NCBI GenBank assembly: GCA_963662545.2
Contig: CAXXLL010000002.1
Coordinates: 1,664,001 to 1,728,000, forward strand
Source: Gammaproteobacteria bacterium
Lineage (GTDB): Bacteria > Pseudomonadota > Gammaproteobacteria > Ga0077536
Direction of reading: 5' to 3'
DNA length: 64,000 bases
Shown here piece after piece: positions 30,609-41,748 of the stretch; the stretch's first letter is position 1; each line of letters starts with the position of its first letter. The notes under the pieces were generated by a model. The model had not been told where the DNA came from, did no database searches, and was given only the letters and a program-made list of their open reading frames with translations. The translations under genes and the position numbers were made by a program.

Positions 30609-32300
30609 ATGAAGATCCTCATGGCGCGCATTAGCCCATTCATGGCGCTGTACGAATGGTTTCGAGCGACGCTGCCGACATTGCTAATGGTGGCATTGTC
30701 TGTTCAGTCCACAAGCGCTTCTGAGCCCTTACGACCATCGAACTACGTCCCCGTTGGTATCGAAATCTCCGAGCTATCGATGTATTTCAAGCTGTCTCCT
30801 TCACCCGAGAGCTTTAAACCGCGTCGCGATGTCCCGGCGTGGGATGCTTCACTTCCGATCGACTGGTCTGCCGATCCGTTTAAGGACCGCAATTGGCAGT
30901 TCCAACTTCATGCGTGGCGGGTCATGGACTTCCATTTAAACCAGTACCGGGAGACCGACGACGCGACGTGGTTGCAGGGTGCTGTCGAGATTGCCCTCGA
31001 CTGGGAACGTTACCACGTGAATTTAGGCAAGCGTAGCGCCTTTACATGGTACGACATGGCCACGGGGCTCCGATCGTCACGATTGGCGTTTTTGCTCGAC
31101 CATATCCTTTCAGGCCAGCTTGACGTCAGCAATACCGATCTTGCAGCACTCATGCGCCTGGTCGATCTCCACGCGGAAAAACTCCAGGAGCCCAAGTTTC
31201 TCGCCGGGAACAACCACGCTATTTTTCAACTAGTCGGGCTCGACGCGTTGTGCGAAGTCGCATCATGGCGCAAAGCCTGTAGCGAGGCTCACCCCTATGC
31301 CAGCGCGGCATTCGCCGAGCTGATACGGCGGCAGTTCACAGATGAAGGCGTTCATACCGAAAGCTCGCCGGCCTACCATCAGTTCGTGCTGCGGAAGCTC
31401 CGCACTACGCGTGCCGTTGAGCGGTTCGGCCACGCCGACGTGGCATCCATGCTGGAACGGGCGGAGACGGTCACGCCGTGGCTGACTTATCCGAATAAAG
31501 AAATCATCGCTGTCGGCGACAGTACCGGCACGGGGCCTGCGCTGGAAACACCTGTTGAGCCGGTGTGCATGTCTGATACTTCATGTTGGGCGGTTCGTGA
31601 CCTCACGAGGTCAGGATATGCGATCATTCGGTCCCTTCCAGAGACGCCCCTGGACGAGGCGAGCCTATTGTTCGTTAGTGCGATGGCCCACTCGACCGGA
31701 CATAAACACGCCGATGATCTTGGCTTTGTGTTGATGGAAGGCGGCCGTAAGGTCTTCGTGGACAGTGGGAAGTACGGCTACAACGACGACGAGGCGAGGC
31801 GCTATGTTGTCAGTGCCCGGGCACACAATGTGCCGAGCTTGGCCGGCCGCACGATTGGGCCGAAGGATCTAAATGTCGATACAGCGCATATTGGTCCGAT
31901 CTGGCTGAATGGATCTAAGTTCATGATTGATGGCGCTGTTGAGCGCCCGGGACTATTCCGCCACGAACGCACCTTTCACTACACACCGGGGATCTCACTC
32001 AGAATCAAAGATCGTTTGTACAATCGAACGAACAAGCCTTGGCTGTCGAACCTTCACCTTGCCGTAGGTCTCGTTCCCGAGGTCGATGGGTCCGGGTTTA
32101 CCGTCCAAGTCGGCAACCGAATCGTGCACGCTGAATTCAAGGGGCTGGGCTGCGAGTTGATCTTGACGAAGGGAGACACCGAACCCTATCAGGGCTGGGT
32201 CAGTACAGGCTATTTGGAACTCACACCCGCACACACGGTGAGCGCATTGTGTCCCGCCAAACTCATTGAAAGTGAGTGGCTCGTAACGATTAAAACTTAA
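30609..32300 (+). CDS. Heparinase II/III family protein (polysaccharide-lyase-like)
   Basis: WYDMATGLR, NNH, E.SPAYH, GHKHADDL.F, VDSGKYGY, ARAHN. Confidence 0.8.
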   Translation: MKILMARISPFMALYEWFRATLPTLLMVALSVQSTSASEPLRPSNYVPVGIEISELSMYFKLSPSPESFKPRRDVPAWDASLPIDWSADPFKDRNWQFQLHAWRVMDFHLNQYRETDDATWLQGAVEIALDWERYHVNLGKRSAFTWYDMATGLRSSRLAFLLDHILSGQLDVSNTDLAALMRLVDLHAEKLQEPKFLAGNNHAIFQLVGLDALCEVASWRKACSEAHPYASAAFAELIRRQFTDEGVHTESSPAYHQFVLRKLRTTRAVERFGHADVASMLERAETVTPWLTYPNKEIIAVGDSTGTGPALETPVEPVCMSDTSCWAVRDLTRSGYAIIRSLPETPLDEASLLFVSAMAHSTGHKHADDLGFVLMEGGRKVFVDSGKYGYNDDEARRYVVSARAHNVPSLAGRTIGPKDLNVDTAHIGPIWLNGSKFMIDGAVERPGLFRHERTFHYTPGISLRIKDRLYNRTNKPWLSNLHLAVGLVPEVDGSGFTVQVGNRIVHAEFKGLGCELILTKGDTEPYQGWVSTGYLELTPAHTVSALCPAKLIESEWLVTIKT

Positions 32301-32362
32301 CCCGACGGCCGAAATAGGAGACACGACTAATGGTCACGCCATCCTCCTTAGATGGCCGGGAC

Positions 32363-32799
32363 GGCATTGTCAGACTAACTGGATTGGGCTTGTAGCACCT
32401 GCAATCGAAGGCTCTCAGGCTGCAAGTTGACGCTACTCGGCCAGGGCGCCGGCTTGGTTTTGTTTGAAAATATCGCGGCGGTTACGATGGTGTCCGTGGT
32501 TGAAATGATTGTAGATCGAGGCATGGACAGAGGCGAATTTCTGTGGGGTCTTGATGTCTCTAAACCGCGCCATCGACCCTTCCCGCCTTCGAAAGGGCTG
32601 ATGTGAGTGTTCTGCCCGGTTGTTCAGCCAACGCCTGGTCTCTTGGCAACCTTCGTTGCCAACCACCTTCATCGCCGCCCGGTATGACGGTAGCCTGTCC
32701 GTGACGATCGAAGCCGGCCGGCCATAACGCTTCATAGCCCGTTTCAGAAACCTAAGCGCGGCCTTGCGGCCCCGCCGTTTCGTGGCAACAACCTCAAGG
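32363..32799 (-). mobile_element. IS6 family right-end fragment truncated by IS21
   Basis: IR GGCATTGTCAGACT; IVTDRL.SY, WLNNRAE.SHQPFRRRE. Confidence 0.85.
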
Positions 32800-32872
32800 T
32801 GTTGAGTTGCACCTAAAACTGACCCAGGTTTTGCATTTAAAAGTGACCCACCTGGAAGAGCCAGAGTATGGC

Positions 32873-33649
32873 TCAAGTGTTCTTGGATTTTCTAGTTTTT
32901 ATCTCCTTGGTTTTCTTCGTCGAGCTGTGTTTGAAGCGGTAGCTATCGTTGCCGGTTTCAACGATGTGGCAGTGATGAGTCAGCCGGTCGAGTAACGCCG
33001 TCGTCATCTTGGGATCACCGAACACATTGGCCCACTCGGCGAAGCTCAGGTTGGTCGTGATTAGGATGCTGGTGCGCTCATAGAGCTTACTCAATAAGTG
33101 GAACAGCAGCGCACCACCGGCCTGGCTGAACGGTAGAGAGCCGAGTTCGTCGAGCACAACCAGATCGGTGTGGACCAGCCGATGAGCCATTTGTCCCGGC
33201 TTGCCACGGGCTTTCTCCTGCTCCAGTACGTTAACCAGCTCGATAGTCGAGAAGCAGCGAACGCGTCGATGTTGGTGCACAATCGCCTGTCAGCCGATGG
33301 CTGTAGCGAGATGGGTTTTACCCGTTCCCGGTCCGCCGATTAGCACGACGTTGTGCGCATCATCAATGAAGTCGCCGCGATGCAGCGACCTCACCAGGGC
33401 CTCGTTGACCGTGCTCTCGTGGAACTCAAAGCCAACCAGGTCACGATGGACGGGGAAGCGCGCAACCTTGGTTTGGTCGTTAATCGAGCGCACCTCGCGC
33501 TCGGCCACCTCGGCTTTGAGCAGGCTGTCGAGGACCGACTCAGCACCTTGCCAGGCCGGTGAACTTTGTTGGGCAAGATCGTCGATGGCTTGTGCCATGC
33601 CGAACAGCTTGAGCGATTTGAGTGTCGCAATCATCGCCTCAGGATGCAT
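32873..33649 (-). pseudogene. istB: IstB ATPase with in-frame stop
   Basis: GGPGTGKTH; TGA at 33290-33292; LDELG, ITTNL, ALLDRL. Confidence 0.85.
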
Positions 33650-35165
33650 GGTCCACCTCCCGTAAACCGTCGTAACGGCTAACGTTGGCGACTGGCTCAG
33701 CTTCTAACGCCAGGTGCCCTGGGGTATCGATTGGCGCAGGTAATGCCGGCTCGAGCAGACGCGCTAATACGTTCAGAACGTGTTGCTTGGAGACGCCCTC
33801 GGCGTCGAGCGCAAGTTCGACCGCGCACAACACCGCTTGCTCGTCATGATGCAATACCAAAGCCAGGACCTCGGCCATCTCGCGATCACCACCGGGCCGC
33901 TTAACCAAAATCGACTGCCGGCGTTTGAAGGCTTCCGGCAACTCGGCAAACGGTGCACCGTTGCGTAGGGCACCGGGCTTGCGCTGTACGATGGCGAGAT
34001 AATGCCGCCAGTCGTACACCGTGCGGCCTGGGCGGTCGTGGCTCTGCGCCATCAACCGCGCATGCTCGGCGATGACCTCGCCTTCAGCCACCACGATCAG
34101 CCGATCAGCGTAAACACGCAGAGTGACCGGCCGATTAGCGAACGGCGACGGCACGCTGTAGCGGTCACGCTCGAACGCAAGCAGGCAGGTCGGTGAAACG
34201 CGCTTGGTGTGTTCGACAAAGCCGTCGAAGGGTGGCGGCAGCAGCATCAAGTGGGGCTGCTCGTCAGCCCACACCTCGGCTCTCGTGCGATCTTTCTGCT
34301 CGGGGTGTTTTATCGCGTGCCACAGCGCCACACAACGTTGTTCTAGCCAGTCATTCAGCGCCGCCAGACTCGCAAACGCCGGCACGTCCTGCCACACCCG
34401 ACGCCGTGCATCCTGTCCGTTCTTCTCGACCTGGCCCTTCTCCCAGCCCGACGCCGGATTGCAGAACGTCGGCTCGAACAGGTAATGACTGGCCATGGCG
34501 ATGAAGCGCGCGTTGACCGTTCGCGCTTTGCCGCGGCCAATCTTATCGACCGCAGTCTTCATGTTGTCGTACAAGCCCCGGGCCGGTACTCCGCCCAAGA
34601 CCGGCAGCGCATGATTGTGCGCATCGAACAACATCTCGTGGGTTTCCTGTCGGTAGGCGCGCAGGACAAACGCCCGACTATGGGCCAACTTGAAGTGCGC
34701 GACCTTGAGCTTCATACGCTCGCCGCCGATCACAGCCCAATCCTCGCTCCAGTCGCATTGGAACGCCTCGCCCGGCGCAAATACCAACGCTACGAACGTA
34801 CCACCGCCAGCAATCCGGGCCACTTCCCGTTGCCGGCGACGCCAGTCTCGCGCAAAAGCAGCTACCCGATCGTAGGAGCCCCGGTAACCCAATGCGACCA
34901 GGTCACCGTACATCTGCCGCAGATTACGGCGCTGCTTGCGGCCTTTACCGGGCTCTGTCTCCAGCCAACGTCCGAGCTTGTTCTCAAACGCATCAAGCTT
35001 GCTGGCTCGTTTCGGCGTTGCCTACTTCGGCTCAACGACTTTGTTCTGCAGATATTTACGGATGGTGTTCCGCGACAATCCGCTTCGTCTGCAGATCTCG
35101 CGGACCGGGAGTCCGTCCCGTCACCGCCACCTTCGGATCACACTCAATAACGCCACGTCGATCAC
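33639..35165 (-). pseudogene. istA: IstA transposase, frameshifted near the 5' end
   Basis: YDNMKTAV, SGWEKGQVE, KPGALRNGAPF. Confidence 0.85.
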
Positions 35166-35271
35166 TCCTTTGTCTCCTGCCCGGATATCGGGCAGGTCAG
35201 TGTCTAGTCGTGGGTCAAATTTCGATGCAAATATCGGCCTCAGGTGGGTCAGTTTTCAGTGCAAATCAACA

Positions 35272-35458
35272 TCGAGATGCCATAGTTAAGGAATTTGAAC
35301 GTATAGTGCTTAGGACCCACCACTTATCCAGTGGAAAGAATAATGGCTACCATGTGCGTGACGAAGCGAAAGATTGCATGAGCTTTTACGGAACGAACAA
35401 TGTATTCACAGGGCCACTTCAAGAAGCCTACCAACGTTTAAAGAACAAACTGCTTTAA
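35272..35458 (+). pseudogene. 3' end of an AT-rich gene truncated by IS21
   Basis: Open frame from the IS boundary to TAA with low-GC codons. Confidence 0.4.
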
Positions 35459-35485
35459 GCTATGGAAGCCGCGAGCTAATCTGAC

Positions 35486-36630
35486 TAGTCCTCCCCCCGA
35501 GAAGTGGTCCACCGTAATGTTTAGGGAAACGGAGGGTCATAGCTGGCGAACAAACGACACAAGGCAGAGGAAATTGTTTCGAAGCTTCGGCAAGTTAAGG
35601 TTTTGTTGGGCAGGGAACGGCACGGGTAGATGCGCTCCGCAAGGTGGGTATTACTGAACAAACCGATGACCGGTGGCGGAAGACCTACGGCGGAATGGGA
35701 ACGGATCAATGGCGGGAGCTGAAGCGACTTCAAAGGGAAAATGAGGGCCGCCGCCGAGCGGTGTCGGGTCTGACGCTGGACAAGCTCATTCTGACAGCGG
35801 CGTCACGGGGAAACTTCTGAGCTCTTCCCGTCGGCGTACCTGCATTGGTCAAGTTCTCAGCCGTATGAACGTGTCTGACCGGCGTGTCTGCCGGTTTTTG
35901 GGCCCGCATCGTTCGACGCCAAGGCGTTGGCCGCGAGGCCGTGCCGATGAACAACGCCGGGTCGCGGGCTGGCAGGTGAACGACAAACGCGTCGAAAGGC
36001 TATGGCGGCGGAAGGGGTTGAACGTGCCTGCAAGACAGCCACAGAAAGGGCGGCTCTGGCTCAACGATGGACCGTGCGTTCGGCTTCGGCCCGCGTATCG
36101 CAACCCCATCGGGTCTTACGACTGCGTTCACTGCCGAACCGATGATGGCCGGGCGTCCCACGCCCTGAACATGCGCGATGAACACAGCAAGGCATGCCTG
36201 GCCATCAAGACCGAGCGCAAGCTCAATTCGACCGATGTCATCGACACGCTGACCGATTTATTCGTCCTGCGTGGCGTGCCCACCTACATAAGCTCCGATA
36301 ACGGCCCGGAGTTTGTTGCTCAAGCCGTCCGGGACTGGATCGTGGCAGTCGGCGCGAAAACAGCCTACATCGAGCCTGGCTCACCTTGGGAGAATGGATG
36401 CTGCGAGCGTTTCAACGCACGCTGCCGTGACGAATTGCTCGACCGGGAAATCTTTTACAACCTGCGCGAGGCGCAGATTCTGATTGAACAATGGAGGAGA
36501 TACTACAACACGAAACGACCACACAGTGCTTTGGAATACCGACCACCGGCCCCAGAAACCATCGCCCCGATGGACCAAAGGCCTATCATGCACTAATAAT
36601 CAAACTGGACCACTCAACGGGGGCAGACCA
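35486..36630 (+). mobile_element. Degenerate IS3 family element (IS407-like)
   Basis: IRs TAGTCCTCCCCCCGAGAAGTGGTCCA and TGGACCACTCAACGGGGGCAGACCA; SDNGPEF, PGSPWENG..E. Confidence 0.85.
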
Positions 36631-36676
36631 TTTCAATACCTGAATCGGTACGTCACTTGCGTGCAACCCGTTGTAC

Positions 36677-37375
36677 TCAGGCCGATCCCATAAATTCCCG
36701 AAAAAGCACTTTCGCGTAGTTCCTTCCGTAGAAATTCAAAATTATTTTGCTCAAAGCAAGAAGTAGCAGGTATAGGATTAGTGTAACGACACTCAGGGTG
36801 ACGGCGGGTTCATGAGGCACAACTTTTGAGAAGAACCAAATATTTATTGACGAAAGTATTGTGCCCAACAGTGCCCCACCAATGGCATTTCTCATCGCCC
36901 CATATTCGATATTGTGTTGAAGTAGGAACTCATTGTCTTTGAGTTTCTTCCGAACCAACGCCATTGCCTCCACGATCCTCGCTCTGGCGGCGCGCTCATC
37001 AGCTGCTTCATCATTGAGATTAGGGAGTCCGAGGCCAAATTCTGAATGTACGCTATCTCGGAATTTTTGCTTGTACTCTGAGCTGTATGTATCGTCAGAG
37101 TGCATGAGAAAGTTTGTAGTGGGCATCTCTGATTCGTCCCTGAAATAACGTCTCTCGATAACATTCTTGCCCATAATTCGGCCAAACTCAGACAAGTAAT
37201 ACAAAAATACGGCGGATATCGTTAGATTCGAAATCAGCTTTGCACCCACCAATTCTCCGACAAATTTCGAGAATTCAGCACTAACAAAAAAATGGTTAAA
37301 CACCATTATCGGAATGATGATCGTCAGGAGTGCCGGAGCGTATCGGGCCTTTAGCGCGTACTCATCGATTTTCAC
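36677..37375 (-). CDS. Hypothetical protein with about four transmembrane segments
   Basis: Two hydrophobic pairs flanking a soluble region; AT-richer than host; 5 bp after the MBL gene. Confidence 0.75.
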   Translation of the reverse strand: MKIDEYALKARYAPALLTIIIPIMVFNHFFVSAEFSKFVGELVGAKLISNLTISAVFLYYLSEFGRIMGKNVIERRYFRDESEMPTTNFLMHSDDTYSSEYKQKFRDSVHSEFGLGLPNLNDEAADERAARARIVEAMALVRKKLKDNEFLLQHNIEYGAMRNAIGGALLGTILSSINIWFFSKVVPHEPAVTLSVVTLILYLLLLALSKIILNFYGRNYAKVLFREFMGSA

Positions 37376-37380
37376 GCGAT

Positions 37381-38214
37381 TTACCCATTCCTTTCGGGAT
37401 AGATTCGCTTGACAGATTGGCTGACCTCGACCGTGATGTTGCCGAAGTGCTTTGTCGAATACACTTGGTCATTTGCGAGGTTGTTGTAGTAGTTGTAGTC
37501 GTGAGAATGACCGTAGTGATCAGAAATCACGACATATTGTGGGTCAATTTCCTTGAAAACGTCTTTCTCGATATTGGCACTACTTCCGTGATGTGGTGCT
37601 AGGAAAATATTTGCCGCCAACGCGCCAGCTTCGTGGTTGTCACGAATCTCCCGCCAGGACTCTGGCGTCGCATCACCACCGAGTAGAATTTTAATCCCCT
37701 CGTGTTTGAGCATTAGCACATAGCTGCAGTGGTTGTATTCTTCTGTTACGTTAGCTTTTTCCACCATCTTTCGAGACGGCCCGAGGATTCTAAGATTGTC
37801 TTCGTTCCAGAACTGGTCAGGATCGTCACCTTGGTAAATGCGTAATACTTTCGGGCTTTCTCTGCTATTTCGCATCTGTTGGTACCGGTCCCAGTCCGCC
37901 CGGCAGTAACCGCCAAGATCCATCTTTGTTCTATCCACCGTCTTGTTGTTATTAGTGTCCCAAAAATTCGTGATCGTTCGTGACCGGTATAGCTCGTCAA
38001 GGCCAGACATGTGATCCATATCTGGATGGGTGAGGACAAATCGGAATATCGGCTCATCTGGATAATTTTTGTTCAAGAACTCGATCGGATCCTGAAGTGG
38101 ATTGTCTACCTCGACCTTGGAGTTATCGATATCAATGACCGCGAGTCTACCGAGGGGAAATTTCGCGACAACGCAGTTTCCTTTTCCGACGTTTAGGAAG
38201 TGGACCTTCAGCAT
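37381..38214 (-). CDS. ComEC/Rec2-like metallo-beta-lactamase fold hydrolase, stand-alone
   Basis: FLNVGKGN, THPDMDHMSG, LGGDA, APHHGS. Confidence 0.85.
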   Translation of the reverse strand: MLKVHFLNVGKGNCVVAKFPLGRLAVIDIDNSKVEVDNPLQDPIEFLNKNYPDEPIFRFVLTHPDMDHMSGLDELYRSRTITNFWDTNNNKTVDRTKMDLGGYCRADWDRYQQMRNSRESPKVLRIYQGDDPDQFWNEDNLRILGPSRKMVEKANVTEEYNHCSYVLMLKHEGIKILLGGDATPESWREIRDNHEAGALAANIFLAPHHGSSANIEKDVFKEIDPQYVVISDHYGHSHDYNYYNNLANDQVYSTKHFGNITVEVSQSVKRIYPERNG

Positions 38215-38438
38215 ACCGAACCGACCTAGTCAAACAGTAATGACAAGTTAACTGATTTTATCTGTCAACGGCGGAGCAAAACTAGTCCACTTAACGTTAT
38301 GCGGTACGCAGTGTTGGGGGGTTGTCCCGGTAGTCCATAGGAGGGACCCGCGCTGCTTCGTGTAGCGCTTGCGTTACGCGGAGCGAAGCAGCGTGGGAGG
38401 TTCCTGTGGACCCACCGGGTCAACCTTGAGTTCGGTGG

Positions 38439-39209
38439 TCAAGCAGGCGTATTTGGGGATTTCCGCCGTTTTTGGCTTTGGTTGAGACGATAGCTCTCGC
38501 CGTTCATTTCCAGGATATGGACAGGGTGGGTCAGGCGGTCCAGCAAAGCCCCGGTCAGACGTTCCGAGCCGAATATCTCCGTCCACTCATCGAACGGCAA
38601 GTTGGAGGTCACCATGATCGAGCCCCGCTCGTAGCGCTGGCTGAAGACTTCGAACAGCAGCTCGGCGCCGGTCTTCGAGAGCGGCACGAAGCCGAGTTCG
38701 TCGATGATCAGAAGGTGATACTTTGCCAGTTGCTTCTGCAGGCGCAACAGGCGTTTTTCATCCCTGGCCTCCATCAGTTCATGAACCAGGGCGGCGGCCG
38801 TGATGAAGCCGACGGAGAGCCCCTTTTGGCAGGCCGCCAGACCGAGACCGAGGGCGATATGGGTCTTGCCGGTTCCGCTGTTGCCGAGCGCGATGATATT
38901 CTCACGACGCTCTACGTATTCGCATCGCGCCAACTCCAGAACCAGCATCTTGTTGAGCGAGGCGATGGCCTTGAAGTCGAAGCTGTCGAGGCTTTTGACG
39001 GCGGGGAACCTGGCCTGTCTGCTCCGCCGCTCGACCATGCGGCGCTCACGGTCGATCAGTTCCAACTCGGTCAGACGGACAAGATACCGCACAGGGTCGG
39101 CGCCCTCGGTGGCGCATTGGCGGGCCAGCTTGTCGTATTCGCGCAGGAACGTCGGCAGTTTCAGGGTCTTGAGGTGATGGGCCAGCAACACTTGCGGCGT
39201 ATCGGTCAT
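38439..39209 (-). CDS. istB: IstB ATPase
   Basis: GNSGTGKTH, IIDELG, TSNLPF, ALLDRL. Confidence 0.9.
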   Translation of the reverse strand: MTDTPQVLLAHHLKTLKLPTFLREYDKLARQCATEGADPVRYLVRLTELELIDRERRMVERRSRQARFPAVKSLDSFDFKAIASLNKMLVLELARCEYVERRENIIALGNSGTGKTHIALGLGLAACQKGLSVGFITAAALVHELMEARDEKRLLRLQKQLAKYHLLIIDELGFVPLSKTGAELLFEVFSQRYERGSIMVTSNLPFDEWTEIFGSERLTGALLDRLTHPVHILEMNGESYRLNQSQKRRKSPNTPA

Positions 39210-40720
39210 GACGCGCCTCCACCCAACAAGCTCATATAACTGGCGGCGGCCGTGGTCGCCACGTTGGCCCGAGGCAGGTAGGGATAGATATCCAGGTCGA
39301 GTTTGGGCGGGCGTCGCTCGATACGGCACAGCACAAGGTGTTTGACGGCGTCGTAGCCGATCGCGCCCAGGCGCAGGGCGTCCTTCACCGCGCCGTGAAG
39401 CACCTCGAGATCGAAGGTCTCCAGAAGCCGAAGGACCTGGACGTATTGCCGCTTGCCGGCCTTGCCCATGCGCGCCTCCAGGAGACGGCGCAGGGTTGGG
39501 AAGGCATCAGGCAGTTCCCATCCGGCTAGCGGCGCGGCCTGATCCAGGGCACCGATCTTGTGCTCCAGCAAAGGCAGGTAGTGGATCGGATCGAAGACCC
39601 TATCTTCCCGGTCGTAGGAACGGGGGTGTCGGGCAATGATCCCGGCGCCGCAACCGATAACCACCTCGTGGACATAGCCACGGCTCCAGACTTCCTGATG
39701 GCCGTAGGCGACGGGCACGGAATAGTCATTCGTCCGGTAGCGCACCAGGGACAGCGAGTTGACCCGCGTGCCCTGCTTGTCGCACGCGTCGAACGGTGCC
39801 GGCAGTGGCCTCTTCAACGCTTCGCGGTCACGCACAAACCGTTCGCCGATGCTCTCGCGGTGGCCGCGCAGGACGTCGTCTTGCCGTTTGCGGCATTGTT
39901 CCTCCAGGTAAGCGTTGAAGGCGTCCCAGCTCGCGAACCGGGGAAGCGGCGTCATGAAGTTCCGTCGGGCGTAGCCAACCACCCCCTCAACATTGCCTTT
40001 GTCGTTGCCCTTGCCGGGACGGCCGTAACGGTCCTCGAAGAGGTAATGGGACTGCAGTCCGCTGAACGCTCGCGTTCGTTGTCGCGTGCCATCCGGCAAG
40101 ATGCGCGACACCAGGCACTTGTCGTTGTCGTAGAGAATCGATCGGGGAACACCGCCGAAGAAGGCGAAGATTCTGTTGTGCCCGTCCAGCCAGGCCTCCG
40201 TCGTCGCTGACGGGTAGGCCGCAACGAAGCAGGCATCGCTGTGGGGAAGTGTCATGACGAAAAAATGCGCCCGATACTTGACGCCGGCGATGATCGCATC
40301 CGCCTCGCCAAAGTCCGCTTGAGCATGGCCCGGAGGATGTGACAACGGCACAAACATCTCACGCCGACGAAGGCGCCGTTCCCGAACGTAATCCTTCACG
40401 ATGGTCTCTTTGCCCGTGAAGCCATGTTCGTCGCGAAGGCGCTCGAATATACGCTTCGCCGTGTGGTGCTGCTTACGGTGAACCGTTCGGTCCTCCTCCA
40501 GAATACGGTCGATGATATCCGTGAAGGGGGCCAGTTTCGGGCGTTTCGGTGGCTGGCGTCGCCGATATCCCGGCGGTTCCGAATGCCGCAGCATCTTCCT
40601 CACCGTCTCGCGCGCAATGCCAAACCGACTTGCCGCCTCTCGCTGGCTCAGACCATCAACATGGCAGGCCAGCCGAACGCGCAGATATAGGTCCACGGTG
40701 TACATCCTCCCGCCTTCCAT
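39206..40720 (-). CDS. istA: IstA transposase
   Basis: AQADFG, LYDND, KGNDKGNVE. Confidence 0.9.
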   Translation of the reverse strand: MEGGRMYTVDLYLRVRLACHVDGLSQREAASRFGIARETVRKMLRHSEPPGYRRRQPPKRPKLAPFTDIIDRILEEDRTVHRKQHHTAKRIFERLRDEHGFTGKETIVKDYVRERRLRRREMFVPLSHPPGHAQADFGEADAIIAGVKYRAHFFVMTLPHSDACFVAAYPSATTEAWLDGHNRIFAFFGGVPRSILYDNDKCLVSRILPDGTRQRTRAFSGLQSHYLFEDRYGRPGKGNDKGNVEGVVGYARRNFMTPLPRFASWDAFNAYLEEQCRKRQDDVLRGHRESIGERFVRDREALKRPLPAPFDACDKQGTRVNSLSLVRYRTNDYSVPVAYGHQEVWSRGYVHEVVIGCGAGIIARHPRSYDREDRVFDPIHYLPLLEHKIGALDQAAPLAGWELPDAFPTLRRLLEARMGKAGKRQYVQVLRLLETFDLEVLHGAVKDALRLGAIGYDAVKHLVLCRIERRPPKLDLDIYPYLPRANVATTAAASYMSLLGGGAS

Positions 40721-40819
40721 CTCAAAAAAGATCGAAGGCTACAGGTGGCAGAGTTTTACTCCGCCCGCGGCTGGGAAATCCCGCCGCTTCCGTGGACTAA
40801 TTTGTCACCGCCGTTCTCA

Positions 40820-40977
40820 CACGCTGACGTTTTGGCCCTGGCCCAGCAACACGTCCGCTTCCCGCAGCTTGTGGATGATCTCTTCGGCGTTGTATCGTTT
40901 CGATGGCACGGTTCAGAACGCCTCTTGCTACCTTTTTATCACTTCAGATCTGGACCAGGAATTCCGGGCAGGGTCAC
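40820..40977 (-). mobile_element. IS3 family left-end remnant
   Basis: Minus-strand KRYNAEEIIHKLREADVLLGQG and terminal TGACCCTGCCCGGAATTCCTGGTCCAG. Confidence 0.7.
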
Positions 40978-41048
40978 TACCATAGCATCGTCGAGAAAAC
41001 CTGACTTTCGATTTCACCCACTTGTCATTAAGGGAACTGGGGAAACCG

Positions 41049-41714
41049 ATGCCGCCGAAGAAAAATAATTCTGACCATGCTCTCGCGGTAATAAAAGCGG
41101 GACTGTCAGCAGTTCCCGGAGTCGGGGGGCCGTTAGCAAGTTTGCTTGGTGACTACGTCCCGACCCACACCGAGAGATCGATAGAAAAAGCAATAGAACT
41201 CCTCGGGAAGCGCCTCGAAGAGCTTGAACAACGTATCGATTTAGAAGCACTCAACAAAGACGACCTCGCAGAGCTATTCAAGTCGTGCTATTTGTCCATT
41301 GTACGAACTCATCGCGAAAGCAAATTAAAGGCGGCTACTTCCATTCTAGCGAATCTCCTCTTGCGAGAAGGTGACCCAGAAAAACTTAGCTACACGGAGT
41401 TAGATCATTTTGCCCGGTGTGTAGAGACACTCTCCAGCGGCGCAGTCGAGGTGCTGGGTGAAGTCGTGTGTGCGGCTGATTCGGCAGGATGCGCGGACTT
41501 GGACACTAAGCCATATGGCATGAACTTTTTTGTTCTTAGCGATCGATTCCCCGAGCACTCACCGCATTTATTGATGGGGCTAGTAGCAGAGTTGGATAGT
41601 GCTAATCTTCTCCATCGCGGCGATGTTCCGTCGATTCAAACTCCAGACTATGGAAACTATCCATTGAACCTCACACCACTAGGGATGCAGTTTGCTCAGT
41701 TTCTCCTTAGGTAG
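41049..41714 (+). CDS. Hypothetical protein (possibly Abi-alpha/DUF4393-like)
   Basis: Intact AT-richer ORF; N-terminal AVPGVGGPL, C-terminal LTPLG..F. Confidence 0.6.
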   Translation: MPPKKNNSDHALAVIKAGLSAVPGVGGPLASLLGDYVPTHTERSIEKAIELLGKRLEELEQRIDLEALNKDDLAELFKSCYLSIVRTHRESKLKAATSILANLLLREGDPEKLSYTELDHFARCVETLSSGAVEVLGEVVCAADSAGCADLDTKPYGMNFFVLSDRFPEHSPHLLMGLVAELDSANLLHRGDVPSIQTPDYGNYPLNLTPLGMQFAQFLLR

Positions 41715-41748
41715 AGCGACACAACACCACACAGGATCTTCGTACGAT

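Larger units (their letters stand above)
32800..35271 (-). mobile_element. IS21 family element (degenerate)
   Basis: Termini TGTTGAGTTGCACCTAAAACTGACCCA and TGGGTCAGTTTTCAGTGCAAATCAACA with internal repeats. Confidence 0.9.
38263..40819 (-). mobile_element. IS21 family element
   Basis: Termini TGTCAACGGCGGAGCAAAACTAGTCCAC and GTGGACTAATTTGTCACCGCCGTTCTCA. Confidence 0.9.

Noticed and set aside
33290-33292. In-frame TGA in istB as possible recoding
   Set aside because: The same element has a frameshifted istA, so ordinary decay explains it
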